64,000 nucleotides of DNA from Nitrososphaera sp. (GCA_025449675.1 JANWIX010000074.1:29926-93925); one strand, 5' to 3'. Shown: positions 8,960-18,307, numbered from the stretch's first letter. Translations and numbers: made by a program. The notes: generated by a model not told the origin, from the sequence alone.

Positions 8960-9211
8960 ATGAACATGGACTACCCAGAGCATGAAGAAATCGCAGTGGC
9001 CAAAACTTGCGGGTGTAAGAGGAGTGGCCGCAAAGTAACCTACATTCTCAAAGAGGAATCACACAGCCTATGCCTAGATAGAAAAGATATTCTGACCGCA
9101 CAGCTTTTGGCATGTGAAAAGCTGATAAAGTACGCAACAGATCCTGCAGACAAAGAAGCAGTCACAAAAGAGATCGTGGAACTAAGGCTAGCACTAGATT
9201 TGATTCAATGA
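8960..9211 (+). CDS. hypothetical protein (CGC, HSLC motifs)
   Basis: 83 aa ORF 7 bp after ferritin-like gene. Confidence 0.65.
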   Translation: MNMDYPEHEEIAVAKTCGCKRSGRKVTYILKEESHSLCLDRKDILTAQLLACEKLIKYATDPADKEAVTKEIVELRLALDLIQ

Positions 9212-9259
9212 AATTAGAGATGCTTGCGTTGCTGGTCATTTGCTGATAAAGATGGGGGT

Positions 9260-9760
9260 TCATGGGTGAACTAGAATTTCCACAGCCCTTGTTCCTAGTC
9301 TTTCAAACTCTTTTGCATAATTAGGGTTTCTCATTCTCCATTTTTTCTTGATCAGCAACCTCGTCATTGTCCACATGTCAGCTATCACTTCGGCGTTCCA
9401 TTCCAAAACTTCTTTCTCCAGTTTGGGATCGTGCTTCAAGATAAAGCCAAGCCTGTCATATGTTGTCGCCACATACCTTGCAGCCTCTTGTGTCTTATCG
9501 TCAATTTCTGGAATTTGAATGTCGTTAGCATCGGGATCGATGTCCCTAATGCGATTCAATTCCGCATTTGTTCTCAGCAAGCCACGCGATTCTACTGCCC
9601 TGTCGTTATCGATCAGCCTTACAATGTCATAGAACGCAGTTACAGTATTTGCCTGCCTCATAATTCTGCTTTCTGTTTTGTATCTCACAAGCGTAATGGA
9701 GGCAGCGAGTATAGAAATGACCAGAGACGTTGCCGCCAGATAGTCTATTTCAATAGCCAT
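9260..9760 (-). CDS. membrane-anchored hypothetical protein (DUF4760-like)
   Basis: N-terminal TM; YDRLG...YAKEFERL pattern. Confidence 0.6.
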   Translation of the reverse strand: MAIEIDYLAATSLVISILAASITLVRYKTESRIMRQANTVTAFYDIVRLIDNDRAVESRGLLRTNAELNRIRDIDPDANDIQIPEIDDKTQEAARYVATTYDRLGFILKHDPKLEKEVLEWNAEVIADMWTMTRLLIKKKWRMRNPNYAKEFERLGTRAVEILVHP

Positions 9761-9764
9761 TCGA

Positions 9765-10235
9765 TCATCTAACTACAAGAACAGGGCAGTGGGCATGTTG
9801 CGATACACCACTAGCAACGCTGCCAACTAGCAGCTGCTTGAACTTTGAATGCCCTCTCGTTCCTACAACGATCAAGTCAACATTGTTGCGCTTCGCATAA
9901 TCCACTACCGTGCCAGTCACCGAGTTGCTCGTATCATACAAGATTTCACTCTTTGCTTTCACCTTCTTATCTCTTGCCTTCGCTTCCAGAAGAGCCATCC
10001 ACTGCAGCGCGGATTCCTTTCTCGCTCTGTTATACCCCTCTACCAGACTGATGTTACCGTATTTTGCTTGCAGGCCAATTGCCCCGCCCATCTTTATGTC
10101 CTCTATTACATGCATCAACAATACCTCAGCTTTCACCACCTCGGCTAGGCGTGCAGCATAACCGACTGCGTTCTCAGACGGAGCTGACCCGTCGACGGCC
10201 ACCAGTATTTTACGAATGGATACCTCGTTAACCAT
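9765..10235 (-). CDS. universal stress protein (UspA family)
   Basis: KILVAVDGS...DLIVVGTRGHS...LVGSVAS...HCPVLVVR. Confidence 0.93.
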   Translation of the reverse strand: MVNEVSIRKILVAVDGSAPSENAVGYAARLAEVVKAEVLLMHVIEDIKMGGAIGLQAKYGNISLVEGYNRARKESALQWMALLEAKARDKKVKAKSEILYDTSNSVTGTVVDYAKRNNVDLIVVGTRGHSKFKQLLVGSVASGVSQHAHCPVLVVR

Positions 10236-10274
10236 ATTATTCATGCAAACACAGCAAGATAAAGCATCTAGGAT

Positions 10275-10293
10275 TGCAGTGCATTGCATGGCA
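10275..10293. promoter_or_regulatory. four-unit TGCA motif in divergent promoter
   Basis: TGCAGTGCATTGCATGGCA; GATATAAT at about 10303. Confidence 0.65.
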
Positions 10294-10340
10294 TTCTTTC
10301 AAGATATAATCAGTGAAAGCCAGTCCTATGCCATAATAGG

Positions 10341-10781
10341 ATGGCTATTGAATGGGACGCAGTCGTAGTTGAAATGGTCCTGTTGGCTGCAATAATTTAC
10401 GGATCGATCTATGTGGGCAATCTGGTGGAGAAGAGGAAGCAGCGTCATGACGGGAGAGAAGAGGCGAAGAGAATAATCAGATTCGTCATGAATGACCTCG
10501 GCAAGAAGCAGCGGTTCATTGACGAATCGATACAATACAAGGACTACAAGCCGTTTTTCACCGACATGTGGGATGCAGTAATACTAGGCGGCAAGCAGAC
10601 ATTGCTTCCTTTCGAGATGTTCGAGAACCTGCAGCATACATATTCCTGGATGAAGTATTACAACAATGAACTTGAGCAATGGGAAAAGAACAGTAGTGAA
10701 TTGACAGTGTTGGAGACCTTACGCGAGGTAAAAGCTTCGATCAGCCAATCCCTGAAGCTGTTGGAAGAAAGCAAACTGTAA
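10341..10781 (+). CDS. membrane-anchored hypothetical protein
   Basis: 146 aa, N-terminal TM. Confidence 0.7.
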   Translation: MAIEWDAVVVEMVLLAAIIYGSIYVGNLVEKRKQRHDGREEAKRIIRFVMNDLGKKQRFIDESIQYKDYKPFFTDMWDAVILGGKQTLLPFEMFENLQHTYSWMKYYNNELEQWEKNSSELTVLETLREVKASISQSLKLLEESKL

Positions 10782-10782
10782 C

Positions 10783-10796
10783 TGCACTGCAGTGCA
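10783..10796. promoter_or_regulatory. perfect 14-bp palindrome TGCACTGCAGTGCA upstream of P-II gene
   Basis: Direct reading; CTTATTA about 15 bp downstream. Confidence 0.65.
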
Positions 10797-10841
10797 CCAA
10801 ATTCGAATTCCTTATTACGATGCGTTTGCTTGAACAGCTTG

Positions 10842-11186
10842 ATGAAGAGACTGGACATCATAATCCCATTTGATTATCTGGTGGTCGTGAACGAACTCTT
10901 GCACAAGCACAAGGCAGGTGGCATGTCCTTTTATGATGTCAAAGGGAGAGGAAGAGCAAAGTGGCGCCCGGTGAGTTTTGGGGGTCGAGCAACAAAATAC
11001 GCGCCAGAATTTGGCTATAGCACCAAGATAGAGGTGGTGGTATCAGACACATTGGCAAAGACTATTGTCCGCGATGTTAGAAAGATCCTTGGAACAGGTG
11101 ATGCCGCCTTTGGCAAGATCTTTGTATATGAAGTAAAGGAAGCATACGACTTGAAAACAAAGAACGAAGGAGAGGCTGTACTATGA
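10842..11186 (+). CDS. P-II family signal transduction protein
   Basis: MKRLDIII...GMSFYDVKGRGR...KIEVVVSD...GTG...GKIFV. Confidence 0.88.
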   Translation: MKRLDIIIPFDYLVVVNELLHKHKAGGMSFYDVKGRGRAKWRPVSFGGRATKYAPEFGYSTKIEVVVSDTLAKTIVRDVRKILGTGDAAFGKIFVYEVKEAYDLKTKNEGEAVL

Positions 11187-11257
11187 GCCAAATAGGATAG
11201 CTGCACCCCTTTCATCCCATTACACTGCAAACCGACGAGAAGGCAACAGAGTCCCGC

Positions 11258-12673
11258 CTAATACTTGGCGGTACGGAAAGACATCCTTTTGGTTGCTATT
11301 ATCGCGCCAAGGACAAGCGCGGCCGAAATTGCGGCGATCCCTGCCGGGAACTCCGGAACCACCGTGACGCTTGACTGCACCAACTCGCTGCTGGCGTTTA
11401 TTTTGTCAACCCTGACCGTGAACGAGCCCTGCGATGTGAAAGTCACGTCCTGCGACGAGACTCCTTCGGGAGTAGTTAGGCCGGCCGCCCGCATTAGCTC
11501 GTTGCCATCCCTGTCTACTATGATCATCGCATATGTCGCTAAAGGCAGCGGAACATCAGACTTGTCAGTCGCCCTGATACCAAACGTCACTGGATGCTCA
11601 GGGAATATCTGCTCCGGCCACGTGAGTGTGACTTTGTAGTTCTCTGAATTGGTGGTGACCTGTGCAACATTGACCTCGCTCGTCGGTGGGCTCAGCGCAA
11701 AAACCACCCTGTCGGGCCTCTTGTTTTCCAACACTACCTTACTGGCAATGTTCTGGAGGTTCGTCATTGATATCGTGAAGTGCACTATGTTATTCTCCTG
11801 TGAAAAAGTGTCCACTGCAACCGGGACGCTGATGCCGTTTACAGTCGCGTTTAGCGATGGCTTGTCAAAGTCCAGCATTGATTTTGGGATGAACACTTCG
11901 GTGTGGAGCATGCCCACCCTGCTCACAAAGTCGGACGTCCAGTTAAACGGCATAGAGAACTCGATCGTCATTGTCTCCGGGTCATAGCTGGAACTATCGA
12001 TTGCGCCGTAATAGTTCCGGATCTTGACCTGCTGGCCTTCCGAGACGTCTATTAGCTCTTCCCGGCCAGGAGTCACCCAGATGTCGTACTTTAGTATCGG
12101 ATCGACCTGGGTTCTCGTAGTCCCAGCTGTGTGTATTTCGACAAACAGGTTGTACAGTCCCGGGTCGGTAAAGATCGGCCCTTCAACAATTATCGGCTGG
12201 CCCATGTTCCATATGCCGCCGTACTGGATTTCTTCTACACCCTTGGCAGTCGCCACAGGCGCGTCCTTTGGAACTACTTTGATCTCTAGGTCGCCCTGCG
12301 GGTCGTAAAAGAGGCCCTGTCCGCCGTACGCGCCCCCGCCTTCAGTCTGGATCGGGATTTCCTTGCCGTCCTTTTCAAAGAATATCCTGTACGTGACTTC
12401 CTTGAAGTTCTCGTTGGTGTTTTCGTCAAAGAACCTTGCCGAGATGAATATCGGCTGATTGACGTCGGTCACAACAACAGGGTCGATCTTGACGGAGAGA
12501 CTCGCCTTTTTATCCCCAAAGTCGGCGGCCGGCGGCTGCATGCCGCCATGCGCAAACGCGCTTGGGAGATTGGGGATGGCAGCTAATATAGCGAAACAGA
12601 TAACCAATCCTCCGGCGAATAGAGAAAGTGTCAGCTTTTTTGTGGGGATTTTTTCGATACTCACATCGATCAT
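11258..12673 (-). CDS. secreted PEF(G)-CTERM surface protein
   Basis: Signal peptide ending AFA/HGG; C-terminal VVPEFP + TM + KR. Confidence 0.8.
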   Translation of the reverse strand: MIDVSIEKIPTKKLTLSLFAGGLVICFAILAAIPNLPSAFAHGGMQPPAADFGDKKASLSVKIDPVVVTDVNQPIFISARFFDENTNENFKEVTYRIFFEKDGKEIPIQTEGGGAYGGQGLFYDPQGDLEIKVVPKDAPVATAKGVEEIQYGGIWNMGQPIIVEGPIFTDPGLYNLFVEIHTAGTTRTQVDPILKYDIWVTPGREELIDVSEGQQVKIRNYYGAIDSSSYDPETMTIEFSMPFNWTSDFVSRVGMLHTEVFIPKSMLDFDKPSLNATVNGISVPVAVDTFSQENNIVHFTISMTNLQNIASKVVLENKRPDRVVFALSPPTSEVNVAQVTTNSENYKVTLTWPEQIFPEHPVTFGIRATDKSDVPLPLATYAMIIVDRDGNELMRAAGLTTPEGVSSQDVTFTSQGSFTVRVDKINASSELVQSSVTVVPEFPAGIAAISAALVLGAIIATKRMSFRTAKY

Positions 12674-12710
12674 GTGCTTAAGTAGACTTATGACAAATAA
12701 GTTGTAAGAA

Positions 12711-12724
12711 TGCAGTGCATTGCA
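12711..12724. promoter_or_regulatory. triple TGCA motif in divergent thermosome promoter
   Basis: TGCAGTGCATTGCA; GATATA at 12741. Confidence 0.65.
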
Positions 12725-12768
12725 GAGTTTACTGCTCGTAGATATACTAGTCGGATGGATCAGTCTCC

Positions 12769-14421
12769 ATGTCTTCCTCATCATTATCTTTAGTAGGAAC
12801 TACAAGCGAGGGGGTCCCGATAATGCTCTTGAAAGAGGGCACATCGCAGACAAAGGGGATGGATGCCCTCAAGAACAATGTACAAGCGGCAAAGATTGTA
12901 GCAACAATGCTAAAGTCTGTTCTTGGGCCTCGCGGGATGGATAAGATGCTTGTGAGCGGTACAGGCGATGTAACGATTACGAATGACGGTGCCACCATCC
13001 TGAAGGAAATGGATGTCCAGCATCCTGCCGCAAAGATGATGGTGGAAGTCGCGAAAGCGGTGGATGCCGAAGTAGGCGATGGAACAACATCTTCAGTAAT
13101 TATTGCCGGTGCATTGTTAGAAAAGGCAGAAGAGCTGATCAAGCAGGGGATTCATCCGACAGTCATAGTCGATGGCTATCGCAAGGCGATGAGACAGGCC
13201 ATTGAAATCTTGAACAAGATAGCGGAAGAGGTGAACATAGAAGATCATTCGGTCTTGGCAAACATTGCCAAAACTAGCATGGAATCAAAAATCGTGTCAG
13301 TAGACAGTGATGTTCTTGCTGACCTTGCAGTGAGAGCCATATTTGCAGTAGCCGAAAAGCCGGCAACAGAAGAAAAAAGCAGTAAAAATCACCAATACCT
13401 AGTCGCGGACCTAGACAATGTAAAAGTGCAAAAGAAACCAGGCGGTGCAATGCGTGATTCAAGCCTGATTGAAGGCATCATTGTCGACAAAGAAGTAGCC
13501 CACTCTGAGATGCCAAAGAGGTTCCATGATGCAAAGATTCTATTGCTAAACTCCTCTTTAGAGATCGAAAAGACAGAGTTTGATGCAAAGATAAGCATTG
13601 ATAGACCGGAGCAAATGACAATGTTTCTCGAAGAGGAGAGCAACATGATTAGCGGGATGACGGCAAAAATAGTTTCGGTGGGAGCCAATATCGTATTCTG
13701 CCAGAAAGGAATTGATGATATTGCTCTAGACTACTTGGCAAAGGCTGGAATCTCAGCTGTAAAGAGGATAAAGGAATCTGATTTGAATGCATTGGCAAAG
13801 GCGACAGGGGCGAGGGTTGTCACAAATCTAGATGATTTATCGCCAAGGGATCTTGGATATGCCCAGAATGTTGAAGAAAGAAAGGTGGAGACTGACAAAT
13901 GGGTCTTTGTCGAAAAGTGCAAGAATCCCAAAGCAGTGTCAATTCTAATTCGAGGTGGATCACAAAGAGTGGTCGACGAAGCTGAAAGATCTATGCATGA
14001 CGCTCTCATGGTTGTAAAGGACGTCGTTCAGAAACCAGCAATTGTAGCCGGAGGAGGTTCACCTGAAGCTCATGTTTCACATAAATTAAGAACATGGGCG
14101 TCAGGTGTCCCTGGAAGAGAGCATTACGCAATTCTGGCATTTGCTGATGCTATTGAATCCATTCCGGTTACGCTGGCAGAGAATGGAGGCATGGATGTGA
14201 TAGACACTCTTACCGCGATACGTTCCAAACAGTCTTCAACTAACAATCCCTGGATAGGCGTTGACGTAAAGGAATTGAAGGTCGGTGACATGCGCAAGAA
14301 AAACATAATTGAACCACTTGCGGTGAAAGAGCAAATACTAAAGTCGGCTACAGAAACGACTGCGATGCTACTGCGTATTGATAATATTCTAGCATCGTCT
14401 GGAAAAGCAGCGAGTGGTTAA
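12769..14421 (+). CDS. ths: thermosome (group II chaperonin) subunit
   Basis: LGPRGMDKML, TNDGATIL, GDGTT, GGGSPE. Confidence 0.95.
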   Translation: MSSSSLSLVGTTSEGVPIMLLKEGTSQTKGMDALKNNVQAAKIVATMLKSVLGPRGMDKMLVSGTGDVTITNDGATILKEMDVQHPAAKMMVEVAKAVDAEVGDGTTSSVIIAGALLEKAEELIKQGIHPTVIVDGYRKAMRQAIEILNKIAEEVNIEDHSVLANIAKTSMESKIVSVDSDVLADLAVRAIFAVAEKPATEEKSSKNHQYLVADLDNVKVQKKPGGAMRDSSLIEGIIVDKEVAHSEMPKRFHDAKILLLNSSLEIEKTEFDAKISIDRPEQMTMFLEEESNMISGMTAKIVSVGANIVFCQKGIDDIALDYLAKAGISAVKRIKESDLNALAKATGARVVTNLDDLSPRDLGYAQNVEERKVETDKWVFVEKCKNPKAVSILIRGGSQRVVDEAERSMHDALMVVKDVVQKPAIVAGGGSPEAHVSHKLRTWASGVPGREHYAILAFADAIESIPVTLAENGGMDVIDTLTAIRSKQSSTNNPWIGVDVKELKVGDMRKKNIIEPLAVKEQILKSATETTAMLLRIDNILASSGKAASG

Positions 14422-14453
14422 AGTCCCAAGGGCCCGGCCCAAGATATCTCAGG

Positions 14454-15242
14454 TCAGCCTGCTCGCCCGGTTCTCAAATGCAGTTTGTACCTTGCCCCGC
14501 TTTTTTCATCAATGTAGGACCATTCGGAAGGGCTCACTTTAAGTTCCGTGAATTCGTGGGAGATGGAGGCGTCAGCATTCAGATTGTTGTAAAATGAGTC
14601 ACCTACTACGATTTGGCCCACCTTTGCGAACGCAAGCATCTTGGCGGCAATACTAATGCTTGAGCCGACCGTATCAATGTGCGACCTTAAGCTCTTCCCG
14701 TAGAGAACGACTAGTAGCTCGCCATAATCTAGGGAGATCTTTACTCCCAACTCTGGCAGGCGATGTGCCACCAGCTCTGGATTGACCGATCCCTGCAATA
14801 TTTCCTGCATGTCTTTTGCACATCTGAGGGCGTTTCTGGACGCCTGATGTTTGTCATGTTCAGCGGGGAAGAGTGCGATGACCGCGTCTCCGACATATTT
14901 TAGGACATAACCCCCATAGTCCTCGACTAGTAAGGTCATTTCTTGGGAAAAGATTTGCAATACCGAAGCAAATTCTGCCGCAGGTAGGGATATGCTCATT
15001 CTTGTAGATCGTTCAATGTCTACATATAACACCACAACAGCAATCTTGTGATCCACATGTCTTCTGAGAAATTTCTTGCATGATTCTCGTGTGAGGTCTA
15101 TTTGTATCCCATTTTCCAGAGTATGCCGTACTCTGGCATTTATCGGAGAGAGATTTTCGGCAGAAGAGTCGAGATTCATCTCTATATCACCAGCGGTAGT
15201 CCCGACAGAAGACATGACTCTTGACTTCGAAGCAACTTTCAA
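14454..15242 (-). CDS. class III adenylate/guanylate cyclase catalytic domain protein
   Basis: VLYVDIERST, LKYVGDAVIA, DTVGSSISIAAKM; start uncertain. Confidence 0.85.
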   Translation of the reverse strand: MKVASKSRVMSSVGTTAGDIEMNLDSSAENLSPINARVRHTLENGIQIDLTRESCKKFLRRHVDHKIAVVVLYVDIERSTRMSISLPAAEFASVLQIFSQEMTLLVEDYGGYVLKYVGDAVIALFPAEHDKHQASRNALRCAKDMQEILQGSVNPELVAHRLPELGVKISLDYGELLVVLYGKSLRSHIDTVGSSISIAAKMLAFAKVGQIVVGDSFYNNLNADASISHEFTELKVSPSEWSYIDEKSGARYKLHLRTGRAG

Positions 15243-15356
15243 TCACTACTCGAACTCCCGCATGACATGAATACAAGGGTTACTCCACACGGAACCGAAA
15301 TGTAACGGATTACCGGCGTCTCTTGTTGGTGAGCGACCATATGCATGCGATCTGAA

Positions 15357-15818
15357 CTAGAAGAACAGTTCCCAGACTTCCGATATCAATGGGTCAGGCG
15401 ATTCTACTGGACCGGCAGATGCTCCTGCTGCCAAACTCGATCTTTTCTTAAGGTACCTTGCCAGATCTGTGGTAGTAATAATCCCTATCACCCGCTTATG
15501 GGCATCTTCAACCAAGAGGTGCCTTACTTTCTGATTTAGCATAAGACGGGCTGCGTCTTCAATTGGCATGTCGCTTTTCACCGAAACAACAGGTGTAGAC
15601 ATCAAGGAACCAGCTGTAATTCTACCCGATACGCCTTTTGCAGTATTCTTCACGATGTCCCGTTCCGTCAGAATACCTATTACGTTCTTACCTTTCTCGT
15701 CTGTTATTGCCACTGAACTGATATTCGAGTCTGTCATGGTTTTAGCAACTTCCACTACAGTTGCATTAGAATCGCGAATAACCATCCGAGTATTCATGTA
15801 GTCTCCAACTGAGCTCAT
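15357..15818 (-). CDS. CBS domain pair protein
   Basis: VGDYMN...GILTERDIV...RHLLV...GIITTTDL. Confidence 0.9.
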   Translation of the reverse strand: MSSVGDYMNTRMVIRDSNATVVEVAKTMTDSNISSVAITDEKGKNVIGILTERDIVKNTAKGVSGRITAGSLMSTPVVSVKSDMPIEDAARLMLNQKVRHLLVEDAHKRVIGIITTTDLARYLKKRSSLAAGASAGPVESPDPLISEVWELFF

Positions 15819-15868
15819 TGGGATAGTCCTCTGCTCCATGAATTATATCTTCTATGGTTGTTCTGCCA

Positions 15869-15877
15869 TGCACTGCA
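15869..15877. promoter_or_regulatory. TGCA-N-TGCA motif
   Basis: TGCACTGCA upstream of GATATAATT (minus strand). Confidence 0.6.
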
Positions 15878-16312
15878 TTCTTCTGGCTTACGTAGGATGC
15901 AAACCAGAACTTTGAAATGGGAAAAAGAGAGCAAGCGTGAAATGCGCTATCCAGGAGGAATGACCTCAATAACAACGAAGATGGAAGGTAAAGAAAACAA
16001 TGATTGCAGGCAAAAGTGAACAGTACTTCGTTGAAAATGCCCATTTCTGACTTCGGGATTTTAGCAGCTATTCTGTCTGCCTTTGGCAATTTTTAAGGCA
16101 TACGAGAACCTGTTGTATTTCGGGCCGCTGGTGCCTTATGTCCCGAAATACGCTGAAGCTATTGCCCTGCCGCCTTATGTCTGACGATATTCGGTGGACT
16201 CCCTCGTGGGCTGAAGTTCCCGGCTCTGGTTTGGATGCTGACACTGGTTCCCAGATAAAGATTGGGCAACGTTTTCACTACGTATAGCCATATATGCGCG
16301 ATTTGAAATCTA

Positions 16313-18307
16313 GTGATACGCACCTTGCTTACCAGTTCTCGGAGCTTTTCATTGGCAAAGGACGCTTTTCTCCCAAGCGGCGACCAGCCTGAAGCAATTG
16401 AACAGCTTGCAAAGGGGGTTCGCAAGGCGGGCCGGCAGACGCTTCTGGGAGTCACGGGAAGCGGCAAGACCTTTACCATTGCAAACGTCGTTGCAAGGAC
16501 AAACAAAAACACCCTGGTTATTTCGCACAACAAGACCCTGGCGGCGCAGCTGTACGCCGAATTCAAAGAGTTCTTTCCGGAAAATAACGTGGGCTACTTT
16601 GTCAGCTTTTACGACTATTATCAGCCGGAGAGCTACCTGCCCCAGACAGACACCTACATTGAAAAGGACACCGAGGTCAACGAAAAGATAGAGAGGATGC
16701 GACTTGAAGCCACGGCAATGTTAATGTCCGGCGAGCCGACGATTATCGTTTCCACTGTTTCGTGCATCTACTCCCTTGGCTCGCCCCAGGAGTGGAAGGA
16801 TAGCTCGATCTCTATCACGAAAGGCATGAACATTGACCGGAAGGCACTCGTCCGCAACCTTATCGATGCCCGCTATGAACGAAACGATCTTTCACTTGTT
16901 CCCGGAAACTTTAGGGTCAAAGGTGACACGATTGACATCATACCGGGCTACTCTGACGACATTATCAGAGTAACCATGTTTGGCGACCAGATAGAGGGAA
17001 TAAGCATCCATGATCATGTCAGCATGAAAAAATTGCGCGACACAAATTCAGTCATGATATTTCCCGCAAAGCACTACATCACCGACGACGACTCTAGGAG
17101 CAGGGCGCTTGAATCGATCAAAGGCGAGCTTGCCAGCTGGCTTCCAAGCCTGCCTTCTGAGCTGGAGAGGCAGAGGCTTGCTTCGCGAACAAAATACGAC
17201 CTGGAAATGATACAGGAGCTTGGCTATTGTTCCGGGATTGAAAATTACTCCCGGCATCTTGATGGCAGGGAGCCAGGGCAGCCTCCCTATTGCCTGCTTG
17301 ATTTTTTCGGAAACGACTTTTTGCTCGTCATTGACGAATCGCACGTCACTCTTCCCCAGCTCCACGGAATGTACAACGGCGACCGCACCCGGAAAAAGAT
17401 GCTCATCGATTACGGATTCAGGCTGCCAAGTGCATACGACAACCGCCCGCTGAGGTTCGAAGAGTTTGAAAGGTACCTGAGCAACACCGTTTTTGTGTCG
17501 GCGACCCCTGGGCCGTACGAGCTAAGGACAAGCGGACAGGTGGCGGAACAGCTGGTCAGGCCCACCGGCCTCGTAGACCCGGTAGTGGAGATAAGGCCCA
17601 CCAAGGACCAGATGGAAGACCTCATACAAGAGATAAAAATCAGGGCGAAATCCAACCAGCGCACGCTTGTTACCACGCTAACGAAAAGGATGGCGGAGGA
17701 TCTGGCGGAATTTCTTGCCAAAAATAAAGTTCGCGTTCGGTACCTCCACTCTGAAATCGAGGGCCTCGAGCGGACCGAATTGATACGGCAGCTACGTCTT
17801 GGCGATTTCGATGCCCTGGTAGGAATCAATCTCCTGAGGGAGGGCCTCGACATACCCGAAGTCTCGCTCGTGGCGATTCTTGACGCAGACAAGGAAGGGT
17901 TTCTGCGAAACGCGACTTCCCTCATCCAGACCTTTGGAAGGGCGGCGCGCAACATCGACGGTAAGGTGATCCTCTATTCAGACAAAGTAACCGTGTCCAT
18001 GAAGCAGGCCATGGACGAAACGGAACGCAGGCGCAAAAAACAAGTCGAGTTCAACGAAGAAAATCACATTACTCCAAGGTCCATAGTAAAGCCGGTGCCA
18101 GAAGCCATCAAAGAGCTGGCAGACGACGTCACAGTAGAGACAAAATCGATGGCCAGGGAGGACCTTGTGAGGCTTGCCGTCGAAACAGAGGCGACAATGA
18201 AAAGGTTTGCAGAGGAGCTCGAATTTGAAAAGGCGATAATGTTCAGGGAAAAGCTGGCAAAGATAAGAAAGGCGCTGGGCGAGCCGGCGTACTCGGAGGT
18301 GTCCTGA
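16313..18307 (+). CDS. uvrB: excinuclease ABC subunit B
   Basis: GVTGSGKT, YDYYQPE, DESH, GINLLREGLD. Confidence 0.97.
   Translation: MIRTLLTSSRSFSLAKDAFLPSGDQPEAIEQLAKGVRKAGRQTLLGVTGSGKTFTIANVVARTNKNTLVISHNKTLAAQLYAEFKEFFPENNVGYFVSFYDYYQPESYLPQTDTYIEKDTEVNEKIERMRLEATAMLMSGEPTIIVSTVSCIYSLGSPQEWKDSSISITKGMNIDRKALVRNLIDARYERNDLSLVPGNFRVKGDTIDIIPGYSDDIIRVTMFGDQIEGISIHDHVSMKKLRDTNSVMIFPAKHYITDDDSRSRALESIKGELASWLPSLPSELERQRLASRTKYDLEMIQELGYCSGIENYSRHLDGREPGQPPYCLLDFFGNDFLLVIDESHVTLPQLHGMYNGDRTRKKMLIDYGFRLPSAYDNRPLRFEEFERYLSNTVFVSATPGPYELRTSGQVAEQLVRPTGLVDPVVEIRPTKDQMEDLIQEIKIRAKSNQRTLVTTLTKRMAEDLAEFLAKNKVRVRYLHSEIEGLERTELIRQLRLGDFDALVGINLLREGLDIPEVSLVAILDADKEGFLRNATSLIQTFGRAARNIDGKVILYSDKVTVSMKQAMDETERRRKKQVEFNEENHITPRSIVKPVPEAIKELADDVTVETKSMAREDLVRLAVETEATMKRFAEELEFEKAIMFREKLAKIRKALGEPAYSEVS

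Noticed and set aside
11218-11229. Degenerate motif CATTACACTGCA
   Set aside because: Lies between convergent genes and has mismatches; not counted as a promoter site.
15239-15346. Short minus ORF (MVAHQQETPV...) overlapping the cyclase start
   Set aside because: No recognisable motif; cannot be distinguished from chance.
1351-15877. TGCA repeats as CRISPR, MITE or microsatellite
   Set aside because: Units are only 9-19 bp, dispersed, with no spacers, terminal repeats or conserved flanks; their position relative to TATA boxes fits operators better.
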